From contig NC_042998.1 of the NCBI RefSeq assembly GCF_006345805.1, positions 83,018,001 to 83,082,000 on the forward strand: a stretch of DNA of 64,000 bases, read 5' to 3'. Source of the stretch: Octopus sinensis (lineage: Eukaryota). Under the pieces are notes generated by a model, which was given only the letters and a program-made list of their open reading frames with translations, ran no database searches and was not told where the DNA came from. The translations under genes and the position numbers were made by a program. Shown here piece by piece: positions 39,845-52,689 of this stretch. Position 1 is the stretch's first letter; every line of letters starts with the position of its first letter.

Positions 39845-40523
39845 TATACATATATATATACATATATATATGCATATATATATATACATATATATATACA
39901 TATATACATATATATACATATATATATATACATATATAAATTGATAGATACAACTGAGAGGGCAAACAAAAAGAGTCACTGCCTAGTGCTTTTTTTTTTT
40001 TTGATAAGCCTAGTACTTATTCTATCAGTTTCTTCTTGTGAAACCAGTAAGTGATGGGGAACTAAATAAACAAACAGCAGTTGTGAAGCAATGATGAGGG
40101 AGAAATGCAGAAACAAAGATATACACATAGACTTACATATATACATACATATATATACGATTGCTTTCTTTCAGTTTCTGTCTACAAAATCTACTGACAA
40201 GGTTTTGTTTCACTTTTGACACATAATACTGTAATAGTGGTGAAGATATGATATTGCTGTGGGCTCACACTAGGCAAGAAGTTAAAAAATTTTGGCCTAT
40301 GACATTACAGGGACCCTAAGTAAGGGATATGTAAAATTTGAATGAAATTGGTTGTGTAGTTCTCAAGTTTTAGGGATTCACACAGACACACATTCCATCT
40401 TTATATATATATTATATATATATATATATATATATTTTATATATATAATATCATCATCATATATATATGTATTTATTATATATCTATCTATCTATATATA
40501 AATATTATATATCTATCTATATA

Positions 40524-40554
<31 letters not shown>

Positions 40555-40742
40555 GTATATATATTATATTAAATTAGAGATAAAACCACTATAATATAAT
40601 ATAATATAATATAATATAATATAATATATATAATATAATATAATATAATATAATATAATATATTTATATAAAATTGGATTTAATCCTAAATCTAATTTTT
40701 CCCTGTAAGTTTGGATTTATTCCCTAATATTATATATATATA

Positions 40743-40794
<52 letters not shown>

Positions 40795-40800
40795 TATATA

Positions 40801-42067
40801 GAAGTAGTTGATAGCTTCCGTTATCTTGGTGGGTGTGCTGAAAGTGTAACGGCTAGAGTAAGAATAGCCTGGGCAAAGTTTAGGGAGCTCTTACCTCTGT
40901 TGGTGACTAAAGGCCTCTCGCTCAGAGTAAAAGGCAGACTGTATGATGCATGTGTACGAACAGCTACATGGCAGTGAAACATGGGCCGTGACTGCTGAGG
41001 ACATGCGTAAGCTCGCGAGAAATGAAGCTAGTATGCTCCGTTGGATGTGTAATGTCAGTGTTCATAGTCGACAGAGTGTAAGTACCTTGAGAGAAAAGTT
41101 GGACCTAAGAGGCATCAGATGTTGTGTGCAAGAGAGACGATTGTGCTGGTATGGTCATGTGGTGAGAATGGATGAAGATAGGTGTGTGAAAAAGTGCCAC
41201 ACCCTGGCAGTTGAGGGGACCTGTGGAAGAGGTAGACCCAGGAAAACCTGGGTCGAGGTGGTGAAGCACGACCTTCGAACTCTAGGTCTCACCAAGGAAA
41301 TGACCAGAGACCGAGACCTATGGAAGTATGCTGTGCGTGAGAAGATCCGGCAAGACCAGTGAGAACAATCAAAATCAAATCATATATCAGAAAGCAGGGG
41401 TTAAGTGACCCATCCGTTCGTGTCCGCTGTCAGTCTCGCCTGGCCCCGTGCCGGTGACACGTAAAAGCACCGTCCGTTCGTGGCCGTTTGCCAGCTCTGT
41501 CTGGCCCCGTGTCGGTGGCACGTAAAAGCACCATCCGTTCGTGTCCGTTGCCAGCCTCGGCTGGCCCCCGTGCCGGTGACACATAAAAGTACCGTCCGTT
41601 CCTGGCCGTTTGCCAGCTCTGTCTGGCAACCGTGTTGGTGGCACGTAAAAGCACCATCCGTTCGTGTCCGTTGCCAGCCTCGGCTGGCCCCCGTGCCGGT
41701 GACACGTAAAAGCACCGTCCATTCGTGGTCGTTTGCCAGCTCTGTCTGGCCCCGTGTCGGTAGCACGTAAAAGCACCATCCGTTCGTGTCCGTTGCCAGC
41801 ATCGCCTGGCCCCGTGCCGGTGACACGTAAAAGCACCATCCGTTCGTGGCCGTTCGCCAGCTCTGTCTGGCACCTGTGCAGGTGGCACATAAAAAACACC
41901 CACTACACTCGCGGAGTGGTTGGCGTTAGGAAGGGCATCCAGCCGTAGAAACACTGCCAGATCTGACTGGGCCTGACGAAGCCTTCCAGCTTCACAGACC
42001 CCAGTTGACCTGTCCAACCCATGCTAGCATGGAAAGTGGACGCTAAATGATGATGATGATGGTGATG
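40801..42067 (+). mobile_element. 5'-truncated RTE LINE with an expanded 3'UTR minisatellite
   Basis: EVVDSFRYLG...LHGSETW...LCWYGHV...GRGRPRKTW; GAT tail at 42047. Confidence 0.92.
41408..41900 (+). repeat. About 61-bp minisatellite (about 8 units, alternating A/B types) in the RTE 3'UTR
   Basis: core gtgccggtg(g/a)cacgtaaaagcacc recurs about every 60-61 bp. Confidence 0.9.
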
Positions 42068-42839
42068 ATATATGATGGGCTTCTTTCAGCTTCCATCTTT
42101 GGTCATTCTGAAGCTATAGTAGAAGATATTTGCCCAAGGTACCGCACAGTGGGACTGAACCCTAAACCATTTGGCTGGGAAGCAAGCTTCTTACCACACA
42201 GCCACACCTGCACCTATAGTAAGACGACAAGATAACGACATTAGTAAGAGATTTTAGAAAGGCAAAGGCAGAGGATGAAATACTGTAAGCGAATAAATGT
42301 AAGGAAAGTTAAAAGAAGCTAAAAGCAATTAAGAACAAGTCAAGAAAAGGTGGAAAGGTTTTAAGAATTTTTCTTTTTTTCCAACTTCCCTTATTTTATT
42401 CAATTACAGAATTTCATCCTCCCCTTTTTACCTCCCTAACTTCTCCTACTAACAGTGCTACCTTGTTGGCTTACTATGTTATACCATAACCATGTTGCCT
42501 GAGATACACCAGAACATTAAAAACAGTTGCTGGAAAGATATCGCAAAATAATTTACCCCATTAAGAATCTAGATTAAAATGTTAAAATTCTTACTAAAAA
42601 GAATAAAAAGAAAAATAACTACCTCATTAAATGCTGAAGATTCATAAACGGTAAGGAATGTATGGAATATTAATGGGATGAGTCTTTGATTTAAGATATT
42701 GCTGAGGACCTTTTCTTCAATCAACTGGATTTGAGTATTCAGTGTAGGATGGAAAATGTAGTGAAGTGTAAACCAGTTTCCACAGTTGAGTGGTTGAACA
42801 GCTGTCGTGGATGTTACAAATTAGCAAATCACTCATCAG

Positions 42840-42882
<43 letters not shown>

Positions 42883-44974
42883 TGTGTGTGCATGTGTTTG
42901 TGTGTGCTTGTGTGAGTATCTATGTACATATATGTGTGTGTGCAGATACATATAGTGAGGCATTTACCTTCTGGAAGGTCTTACTATGATAATTATATTA
43001 CCTGGCAACCACTACAGAAAAGCAACAGCATAGCAGCTGGGGATTTTTGCTTTGCGAGTTACTCAGTGACCCTGACACCATATAAAAAACACATGTGCTG
43101 GTACCATGTAAAAAGCATCTGTGCTGGTGTCACACAAAAGCATTTCTGCCAGTGTCATATAAACCGCATCTGTGCTGGTGCCACATAAAAGGCACCCAGT
43201 ACAGTCTGTAAAGTGGTTGGCATTAGGAAGGTTGCCCAGCCATAGAAACTAAATCAAAACAGACGGCTGTAAGTTGGTGCAGCTTTGTAGCTTGCCAGCC
43301 CTAACCAAACCATCTAACCCATACCAGCACAGACAACCGACGTTAATGATGATGATGATGATGTGTGTGTGTGTGTGTGTGCGTGTGTGTGTGCAGGAAA
43401 GGTAATACCATGGACTTTTTCAAAGCCAACCTTGAAACTGTGAGAGAAATGACAGAAGCCTCAGATCAGCGACTGGGTCTGAATGCTTGTAAGCAAAAGC
43501 CTACAAGAACCAAGTGGCAGTGTTGAACCAGACAATTAAATGTACCACACAAGAAAGGAAAGGTCCATCCCACTGATGGTCTTCTATGTGATTTCTGCTA
43601 ACCAGATTTCACTCACAAGTCTTTAATCATCTCAGAGCTAGGGTAAAAAAACATTTGCCAAAAGTGTTGCTACTCTGTAATAGGATCAAACCTAAAACAA
43701 CAGCATCATAAACCAATCTTCTTAACCACAGAGCCACATTTTCTTCACCTATACTTATGTAAATTAAAACAATAATAATTAAATTAAGTTTATTCTTTAA
43801 TCAGTTTGATCAGCTTTGTCATTTCTTGTTTATATTCAGCATAAATTTCTTTTATCTCTTTCAGAACGTCTGTATTATAATTGACCTACATTTGTTTCCT
43901 TGCTAATCTTAAACTATATCCTGCTATTATTTATAGCTGTCTGCCTAGAGTGAGATTGATCTATTGAAACAGATATTCAAGCTAATAATATCTATGAAGA
44001 AGCTCCTAAAGATTTTAAATATTCATACATCAGCCTTCACTTTTCAAATGATGGTGGAAATACCATTCATACAAACCAGTTCATCCTGTACATCAAGAAG
44101 AGGATTCAGCCAGAACATAGGCCAAGGAAGGGCTTCTAATATCTGACAGGCTCTTCTCTCAGAGAAAAAAATACAGCTCCATTGAACATAAAGAGAACAT
44201 CCCACTCTTGGTGGATGGAAACAAGGCCAAAGAAACAGTCATTTTGCCTTCCAAAATTTGTCTCGGAGGCCTTGATACCAAGTAACCTACACTCAATATC
44301 ATAAATCCCAGTTGATATTTAAAATTTGAGAAATCTATTTACATTCAGCGACACTAAACATCTGGTTGAACATTTAATATGTAGCGTACACTCAGAGAAA
44401 TTTGTTTCCCCTTTATTGTATATATTGGTTATATGCTGTATTTTGGTGCAACAGAGTAAGAGGCAAATTGTGGCAATACCAACCAATCAGAATAGTGGAC
44501 ACAACAAGGTCCAAATAGCAGCCAAAAGTTGGCTGTTATCTGCTACATCCGTATGTACATATATATGTTTTAGGTTTGATCCCATTACAGAGTAGCAACA
44601 TCTTTGGCAAATGTTTTTTTTTTACCCTAGCTCTGAGATGATCAAAGACTTGTGAGTGAAATCTGATAAGCAGAATCCACATGGAAGACCTAATGGTACT
44701 TAATTTATCATCCTTTCGGGATCAATAAATTAAGTACCATTTGCATACTGAGGTTGATCAAATTGACTGGCCCCCTCCTTCAAAATTTCGGATCTTATGC
44801 CTTGAGTAGAAAAGAATATTTAGGGTATGGACAACAGAATACAAGCAATCAACTCTGAATATATCAGTGAATAGTAACAAAGATATCTTTTCATTTACAT
44901 GATACATGTGGTAATTCTGCTGCTTTATGTCATTAAATATATTTGTAGCGTACACTCAGTGAAATTTTCAAAAA

Positions 44975-45510
44975 ACAAAAATTTTCAAAATGTTTTCATC
45001 ATGCTTGACACAATCAAGGAGATCTTGTGCAACTGAGAATTGAGTGTCTTTTTAGTCAGCTGAAAGTAGTTTTGACACAAACTTGGCAGACATGCATCTC
45101 ATACCCAAATCTTCAGTGCTAATGGACTAAACTGAATCATAACAAATCTGCACATACTTTGATAACACAGGGATGGTGATTCAACAATTTCCCCTCACAG
45201 CTGCATACACATCTGCAATGTCTTTCTCAGCTCTGATGGTTGTGGGTCTCCCAGAATGTTCCTCAATATCGACATTTTTTCAACTATCTTGGAAACATCT
45301 GAACCACTCGAACACCAGTGTGTGGCTCATTCACTCTTTTCCATACACTTTCTGCAACTTTTAAGTAGGTTTTCAAGCAGGTATCGTCATAACAACTTTC
45401 TCTGTCATGGTCAATGTGACAATCATATGCTACACACCTTCCTCCAAGCACTGCAGTAAATAACGGAAGTAAGCTAGAATGTTAAAACTTAGTGCTAGAC
45501 ATAAAGACTA
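44975..45510 (-). pseudogene. Mariner transposase N-terminal remnant
   Basis: minus-strand EDLGMRCMSAKFVSKLLSAD resembles the LGMRRVSAKFVPKLL linker. Confidence 0.7.
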
Positions 45511-46825
45511 TCATTTGTGCTGATTCTATCAGTCATTTTTACATTGGGCCTCATTGAGGCGAAGTAGCTGAGTTCCTTTCAAGTGTTGGACCTCACTGAG
45601 GCAAAGTGGCAAAGTTCCTTCCGAGTGTTGGGCCTCATGGAGGCAAAGTGGCATTAGGTCATGCTTTTGAAGAAGACCCATCAAGCGGAGCAAAATTGCA
45701 GTCATGGCAGATACCAGTGTCACACAAATGGCACCCATACTGGTGGAACATAAAAGCACCCATTACACTCTCAGAGTGGTTGGCGTTAGGAAGGGCATCC
45801 AGCCATAGAAAACCATGCCAAATCAGACTGGAGCCTGGCACAACCTTTTAGCGTGCCAGCCCAGTTAAACCGTCCAGCCCATGCCAGCATGGACAACGGA
45901 CGTTAAATGATGATGATGATGATGTTTATAAGAAGGCCAAAGGGAACAGCGGCCAAAACACTGTGGCTATCACAACCAAGTTCAGGACACTAGTCTGATT
46001 CTAACAGTGTTTAATGATCTCATCTCAGAAAGGACTATTACAAGGGAGAGTGGAAGTAACTAGAAAAAAGCTAAGATGGTAGTGCTGAGGTGCCAGAGCA
46101 AACCCACAAGGAATAAAAGAGGTTACAGATAATACATCAGGAAGGGTGTCCAACCATATAAACCATGCCAAAGTAGACACTGGAGTACAATACAGTCTTT
46201 GACTCATTGGATCCTCATCCAACTGTCCAACCCATACCAGCATAGAGCATGGTCATTAAATGATGATGATGGTGATGTATGTATATGTACACATCTGTGT
46301 TTGTCTCCCACCACCACTTGACAATTGGTGCTGGTTTGTTTATGTCTTTGTAACTTAGCATTGACTGACTAATCATATAATGGCTAATTCTCATTATTAC
46401 AAGGGAGAGTAAGGCGGCGAGATGGCAGAATCATTAGCACATTGGATGGAATGCTTAGCAGCATATTGTCCAGCTTTATGTTCTGAGTTCAAATTCCACT
46501 GAGGTCGACTTTGCCTTTCATCCTTTCGGGTTCAATAAATTGAGTACCAGTGAAACACTGGGTGTCAATGTCATTGATTGGTCCCCTCTCCCCAAATTTC
46601 AGGCCTTGTGCCTTTCATAGAAAGGACTATTACAAGAAAGAGTGGAAGTAACTAGGATAAAGCTAAGATGGTACTGCTGGGGTGCAAGAGCAAACCCACA
46701 AGGAATAAAAGAGGATACAGATAATACATTTAATTATATAATAAAATTATATGTTTCTTTCCCATTTTAACTAAAGAGTTTTATTGCAACAGAGTAATTC
46801 TTAAATTAATAGAATGTCTACTATC

Positions 46826-47064
46826 TATTTCTTTACTACCCACAAGGGGCTAAACACAGAGGGGACAAACAAGGACAGACAAACGGATTAAGTCGATTGT
46901 ATCGACCCCAGTGCGTAACTGGTTCTTAATTTATCGACCCCGAAAGGATGAAAGGCAAAGTCGACCTCGGCGGAATTTGAACTCAGAATGTAATGGTAGA
47001 CGAAATATCGCTAAACATTTCGCCCGGTGTGCTAACGTTTCTACCAGCTCGCCACCTTCTGTAG
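46826..47064 (-). mobile_element. Young SINE family 1 copy with a 16-bp target-site duplication
   Basis: tagaatgtctactatc at 46810-46825 and 47065-47080. Confidence 0.9.
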
Positions 47065-47087
47065 TAGAATGTCTACTATCAATTACA

Positions 47088-47338
47088 TTAACCCATTCAT
47101 GCCGATCGTCTGTTTAATCTGACACTTCATTTATATTTTATAAAACAAATACTTGATACAAATTGTGATTTGTGGATGATCTGTATTAAAGAATTAAGCA
47201 TGTTCTTAATGTGTATGCAGTCTGTATCAAACGAATTTCAATGAAATTTATTTCAGTTGTTATTTAGGTCAAAATAATAGTATCTGTGAAATTTCAGCAA
47301 TTTCATTTACTAGAAAAATTTCAGCATGAATGGGTTAA
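47088..47338. mobile_element. piggyBac-like MITE
   Basis: TTAA-cccattcatgc ... gcatgaatggg-TTAA. Confidence 0.8.
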
Positions 47339-48874
47339 TATATTAGCAGTTAATTCAAGATATTTTGCTTCTCCTGTCACAAACATTTTTGAGAGGATAA
47401 CATAGATCAGCTTCAGAAGAAATGAAAACAGTTATTATGTTTTACAGTCCCTGTAGTTATTTCTTTAACTATTACTATAACCACACCTTGACCTATACTT
47501 TCTTCTTCTATGCTAAGCGATACTCTACATTTATAAACATCCACATAGAGTTATATTGATTTATTGTAACATTCTTTTGTTCAGTTTAAAAATATCAAGA
47601 AGCTACAAAAGGTCTTTAACTTTTCTGAAGCAGAAACAGACTCAGACACTGATGAATGGTGGTGGAAAGGATGAGACCAACTCAACATTTAACTTTAGGA
47701 GTCACTACTTTAGCTAGCTAACTAGGAGGTGGGGAGGATGTCAACAGGTTCGCACAAACCTACCAATCATCTCCATACAAATATAATTCTTATCCAACAT
47801 TAATCTTAATTTTCTGTTTTTCACAAATTAATAATTCAAATTAATAATTGAGAATCTTTCACACTTCCCAGCTGAAATCCTTGCAATACCTATGGGAGCA
47901 ATATTTGCATATCTAATGATACTCCACCATATTCTGTTGAAACATTAAGCTTTAAACTAACAATAACAGTTTGAATACAATGCATGATTATCAACATCAT
48001 AATGAAATTATCGTCATAATTATTCTACCCTCCCAGAAGAATGAAACAGCAAAACAAATTGTTCGATAAAAAAAATATCGAAGATGGTTAAAAAATTTTT
48101 TAATGGGCAAGTGTCTTTTATTATAGCCTCAGGCTGACCAAAGCCTTGTGAGCGGATTTGGTAGATGGAAACTGAAAAAAGCCCGTCGTATATATGTATA
48201 TATATGTATGTGTCTGTATATGTTTGTGTGTTTGTTTTTGTCCCCTCACCATCGCTTGACAACCAATGGTGGTGTGTTTACGTCCCCGTAACTTAGCAGT
48301 TTGGCAAAAGAAACCGATAGAATAAGTACTAGGCTTACAAAGAATAAGTCCTAGGGTCGATTTGCTCAACAAAAGGCAGTGTTCCAGCATGGCCACAGTC
48401 AAATGACTGAAACAAGTAAAAGAGTAAAAGAGTATGTCCAACACTATGGCAAAGAATACCAACCACTCCACAAAGTATATATATTTATATATCACCACCA
48501 TCATCGTTATTTAATGTCTGTTTCCATGCTGGCATGGGTTAGGCAGTTTGACCAGAGCTGGCAAGCTGTGTGGGCTGCATGGTTTCTATGGCTGAATGCC
48601 CTTCCTAATACCAACCACTTTACAGAGTGTGTTCGGTGCTTTTACATGGCACTGTATGGACACTTTTATATGATACCACACAGGTGCTTTTATGTGTGGC
48701 ACTGCCATGAGCACTTTTTACCACCTGAAAGATCAGTCTTAACAGTTTTGATGCTGAGTGCAGGTCTTCTTGCATGCAACAAAGCACCAGGTATCTCAGT
48801 GCTTTGTCATCTCACTTAAAAGGTTCACCTTCTTGAGGTCATTCTTCAGTACATTATCAAATATATATATATAT

Positions 48875-50094
48875 ATTAAGTCATCCCATAAATAATGCGG
48901 TTTTTTTTAATTGCATGAACTAAAAGTCAGAGGGGGACAGGATAAGCTACCTGCATCAACTTGCTATAAAAGCAGGTAGTAATTTTACTTTGTACCTATT
49001 CTTAGTGAAAGTTTTGAAATGTGCAGTTCGGTTTTAACTGTTATTTTTTCATGCTATAATGGAAGTGACAAAGGAACATATTTGGCATATTTTGCTGTAT
49101 GAGTTCAATAGGCAACAACACAATGGAAAGTGCGAGGAAAATTAATGCAGTATATGGGGATCAGACAATAAGCATAAGCCAGAGTCAACAGTGGTTCCAG
49201 AAATTCCGAGCCAGAAACTACAGCCTAGAAGACAAGCCTTGTCCCGGTAGATCTCAATGAAGATGTCCAGCAAACCCTGGTAGAACAAAATCCCATCGTA
49301 ACTGTTGAGGAACTAGCAGACAAGCTTGGATTTGATCATTCAACCATTCATCAACACCTGTGTGCCATCGGAAAAGTCAGCAAATTGGGTTAATGGGTTC
49401 CTCTTCTTTGCTACCATGTCTCATGAATGAACCTTTTTTGGACCAAGTAGTGACTGATGATGAGAAATGGGTTCTCTATAAAAAAAAGTCAAGTGCCAAA
49501 GACAGTGGGTCAGGAAAGGAGCAACAGCGACACTCCAGACTAAAGGTCTTCACCCACATAAGGTGTTGTTATCTGTTTGGTGGGATATGAAAAGTTTAGT
49601 CCACTTTGAACTTTTAAACCCAAACCAAATGATAACAAAGGAGATCCAATGCAAGTAGCTTGAACAGCTTAAGTCAGTGTTAGAAGGAAAACAACCATCT
49701 TTGGTTTCAAGACAAAGATGCTCTTCCATCAGGATAATGTTCAGCCACAAACAACGAGCATGACATTCCAAAGGCTGGAGCAGTTCGAATGGAAAACGAT
49801 GCCCCGCCCTTCATACTCTCCAGACATTGCCCCATCTGATTATCATTTATTCTGCAGTCTTCAAAATCATTTGGATGGAAAAAATATGAATTCTGTAGAT
49901 GAGGTCAGAACACTACTAGAAGAGTATTTTTCATCACGGACAAGTGAATTTTGAAAGCAAGGCTTTGCAAGTTTACCAAATAGATGGAAGAGCATTGTAG
50001 AAAATGAGGGAGAGGATATTTTAGATTTAAAAAAAAAAAGAACTTTTTTAATCTTAATTTTCAAAAATAAAAGAAGTATTTTGACAACCCTATT
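48875..50094 (+). mobile_element. Near full-length decayed mariner (DD34D) element
   Basis: MEVTKEHIWHILLYEF; VVTDDEKWVLY; HQDN; YSPDIAPSDYHLF; degenerate terminal inverted repeats. Confidence 0.9.
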
Positions 50095-50393
50095 ATACTT
50101 TCTTTGTGTTTTCTTGACCCTAACTCTTTTGCTTGATTTTCAGAAAAAAAAACACATCATTTATGGGATGACACAATATATATATGCTAATAACAAACAG
50201 TGGAATGAGTGTTCAACATAGCATTGGTGATGTAGCATGCTTGAACAATTGTAGCAGCTGAATTTAACTATAATGTGGACATGAACATCATCATGTTTTT
50301 GCACTTGTGAAGAATAAGTCAGAAAGAGATTCTTAAGAAGTTCAATCACAGCATTTTAGTTTCATTAATATATTTTATATTTGCTGAACTAGC

Positions 50394-50576
50394 TTTTGGA
50401 ATAGGAATTCTGCACATTATTTACATTGGATGGATATGTGTCCTCATCTAGTTTGTTGTTACCAAGACATTTTGGCTGGTTTACTCCCCAGCTTTCATCA
50501 GATGTCCTGGTAGAATTTTGAACCCAACTCTGGGTTCTTATTCCTAAGGTATTTTTTTGCTGATGTTATTATTATC

Positions 50577-50674
<98 letters not shown>

Positions 50675-51150
50675 TATTATTATCATTATCATTATTTTCT
50701 CTTTTTCTTGTTTCAGTCATTTGACTGCGGCCATGCTGGAGCACCACCTTTAGTCGAGCAAATCGACCCCGGGACTTATTCTTTGTAAGCCCAGTACTTA
50801 TTCTATCGGTCTCTTTTGCCGAACCGCTAAGTGACGGGGACGTAAACACACCAGCATTTGTTGTCAAGCAATGCTAGGGGGACAAACACAGACACACAAA
50901 CACACACACATATATATACATATATACGACAGGCTTCTTTCAGTTTCTGTCTACCAAATCCACTCACAAGGCATTGGTCGGCCCTGGGCTATAGCAGAAG
51001 ACACTTGCCCAAGATGCCACGCAGTGGGACTGAACCCGGAACCATGTGGTTGGTTAGCAAGCTACTTACCACACAGCCATTCCTATTATTATTATTTATT
51101 CAAGACATTTCCTGGAATTGAACTCACAATCTTGGGTTTAGTAGTCCACA
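50394..51150 (-). mobile_element. tRNA-headed hammerhead-bearing SINE-like element (copy 1), interrupted by a family 2 SINE
   Basis: partial tRNA head at 51100-51150; (AAT)n; minus-strand acat-CTGATGA-a-agctg...cagcc-AAAAT-GTC at about 50465-50505. Confidence 0.7.
50698..51082 (-). mobile_element. SINE family 2, young copy inserted in (AAT)n
   Basis: near-identical to 26893-27309 with CpGs intact. Confidence 0.88.
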
Positions 51151-51397
51151 GGTATATAGTGTAATGGTTATGAGTGTGGGCTACTACCCCAAGATTGCGA
51201 GTTCAATTACAGACAATGCCTTGAATAAATAATAATAACAATATCAGCAAAAAATATTCTACAAAGACACCTGATGAAGGCTGGAGAGCATATCAGCCAA
51301 AACGTTGTGGTAACAACAAACAAGATGAGAACATATATTAATCTAATGTAAATAATGTAAATAATGTACAAAATTCCACATCTCTAAAATATAGAAC
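51151..51397 (+). mobile_element. tRNA-headed hammerhead-bearing SINE-like element (copy 2)
   Basis: head gtgtaatggttatgagtgtgggctactaccccaagattgcgagttcaattac; acac-CTGATGA-a-ggctg-gagagcatat-cagcc-AAAAC-GTT-gtg at 51267-51309. Confidence 0.75.
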
Positions 51398-51554
51398 AGG
51401 AGTTTTTACAACAGATTTTTTTTTGTATTTGGATTTTATTTGGTATATCACTGTAATATTTGAATTTTTACATAGTGTATCCCAGTTTTAGGATAGCTAC
51501 CTATGATCCCTGCATGTCGAATGAGGTGGGTGCATAAGAGTGCGTGTGTGTATT

Positions 51555-51895
51555 GCATCATCATCATCATCGTTGGTGATGATGATGATGGTTGTGGTGA
51601 CGGTGGTGGTGATGATGATGATGACAATGGTGGTGGTGGTCGTCGTCGTTATCGTTTTCATTGTCATCATCGTCATTGTTGTTGTCAGTCATCTTCATGG
51701 CAGCAGTGGCAGTTGTGGTGGTGACAGCAATGCTGATAGTTGTGGCAGCAGCAGCAGCAGCGGCGGTGGTGGTGGTGGTGGTGGTGTTGGTGGTGTTGGC
51801 GGTGGCAGCAGCAGTGGCAGCGGTGATAACGGTGGTGGCCATGATGGCAGTGATGGAGGCGGTGATGACGATGATGATAATGCTGATAATGATAC
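51555..51895. repeat. Compound trinucleotide repeat (GAT/GGT/GCA/CGT)
   Basis: directly visible; produces low-complexity ORFs in all frames. Confidence 0.9.
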
Positions 51896-52235
51896 TGCAA
51901 TGTTCAATAACATATCATTTGACCACTAATGTACATATGATTATAAAAACAAGGTTTTCCAATCTCTAAAAATCTCAAATCAATTAGGAATAAATACAAT
52001 TAAATAATCAATATCAGATATTGTCCGAGGCCTATATTTAAACAGGTAAATCACAGTCAACTGAATAACAGCAGCCAATATATTACTAATAACTATTTTA
52101 CCAACCGCACTAATGATGTAATCAAACTCAGCTGGTTTTAATTTCAGAACATAGAGTAGTGGAATGAAATATTGGAAAGCATTTAGGTTGTTACTTATGA
52201 CCATCCCTGTCAAAAATCTGCTAAACTGGATAATC

Positions 52236-52680
52236 TTAACCCTTTCATTATCAACCCAGCTGAAATTGGCTCTGCCTCTGTAGTACAAATGTCTTGTTTT
52301 CATAAGTTTTGAATTAAAATCTTCCATCAAACCTTAGTCTCAATTTATGTTCCTAACACTAGCTGAATGATAAATGTGTTATTTTACTAAATTCTTTGCT
52401 ATATTTAAAATAACTGAAAGAAGCACAGGGCATCTCAAAATAAATACAGTAATGAAAGGGTTAAAGAGTTGACATTAACCTTTTCATTACCAACCTGGCT
52501 GAAATTGGCTCTGCCTCTGTAGTACAAATGTCTTGTTTTCATAAGTTTTGAATTAAAATCTTCCATCAAACCTTAGTCACAATGATAAACTAAGTTAATT
52601 TACTAAATTCTTTGTCATATTTAAAATAACTGAAAGAAACACAGACCATCTTAAAATAAATACAGTAACAAAAGGGTTAA
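52236..52680. mobile_element. Two tandem piggyBac-like MITEs
   Basis: TTAAccctttcatta...taatgaaagggTTAA (52236-52464) and a second copy at 52475-52680. Confidence 0.85.
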
Positions 52681-52689
52681 ATTACCTCA

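Noticed and set aside
41408-41900. CRISPR-like repeat-spacer array next to a reverse transcriptase
   Set aside because: The spacers are homologous to each other (A/B alternation), the context is eukaryotic and no cas genes are present; it is a LINE 3'UTR minisatellite
47585-47674. Possible terminal exon FKNIKKLQKVFNFSEAETDSDTDEWWWKG*
   Set aside because: Only an acceptor supports it; no homology or partner exon
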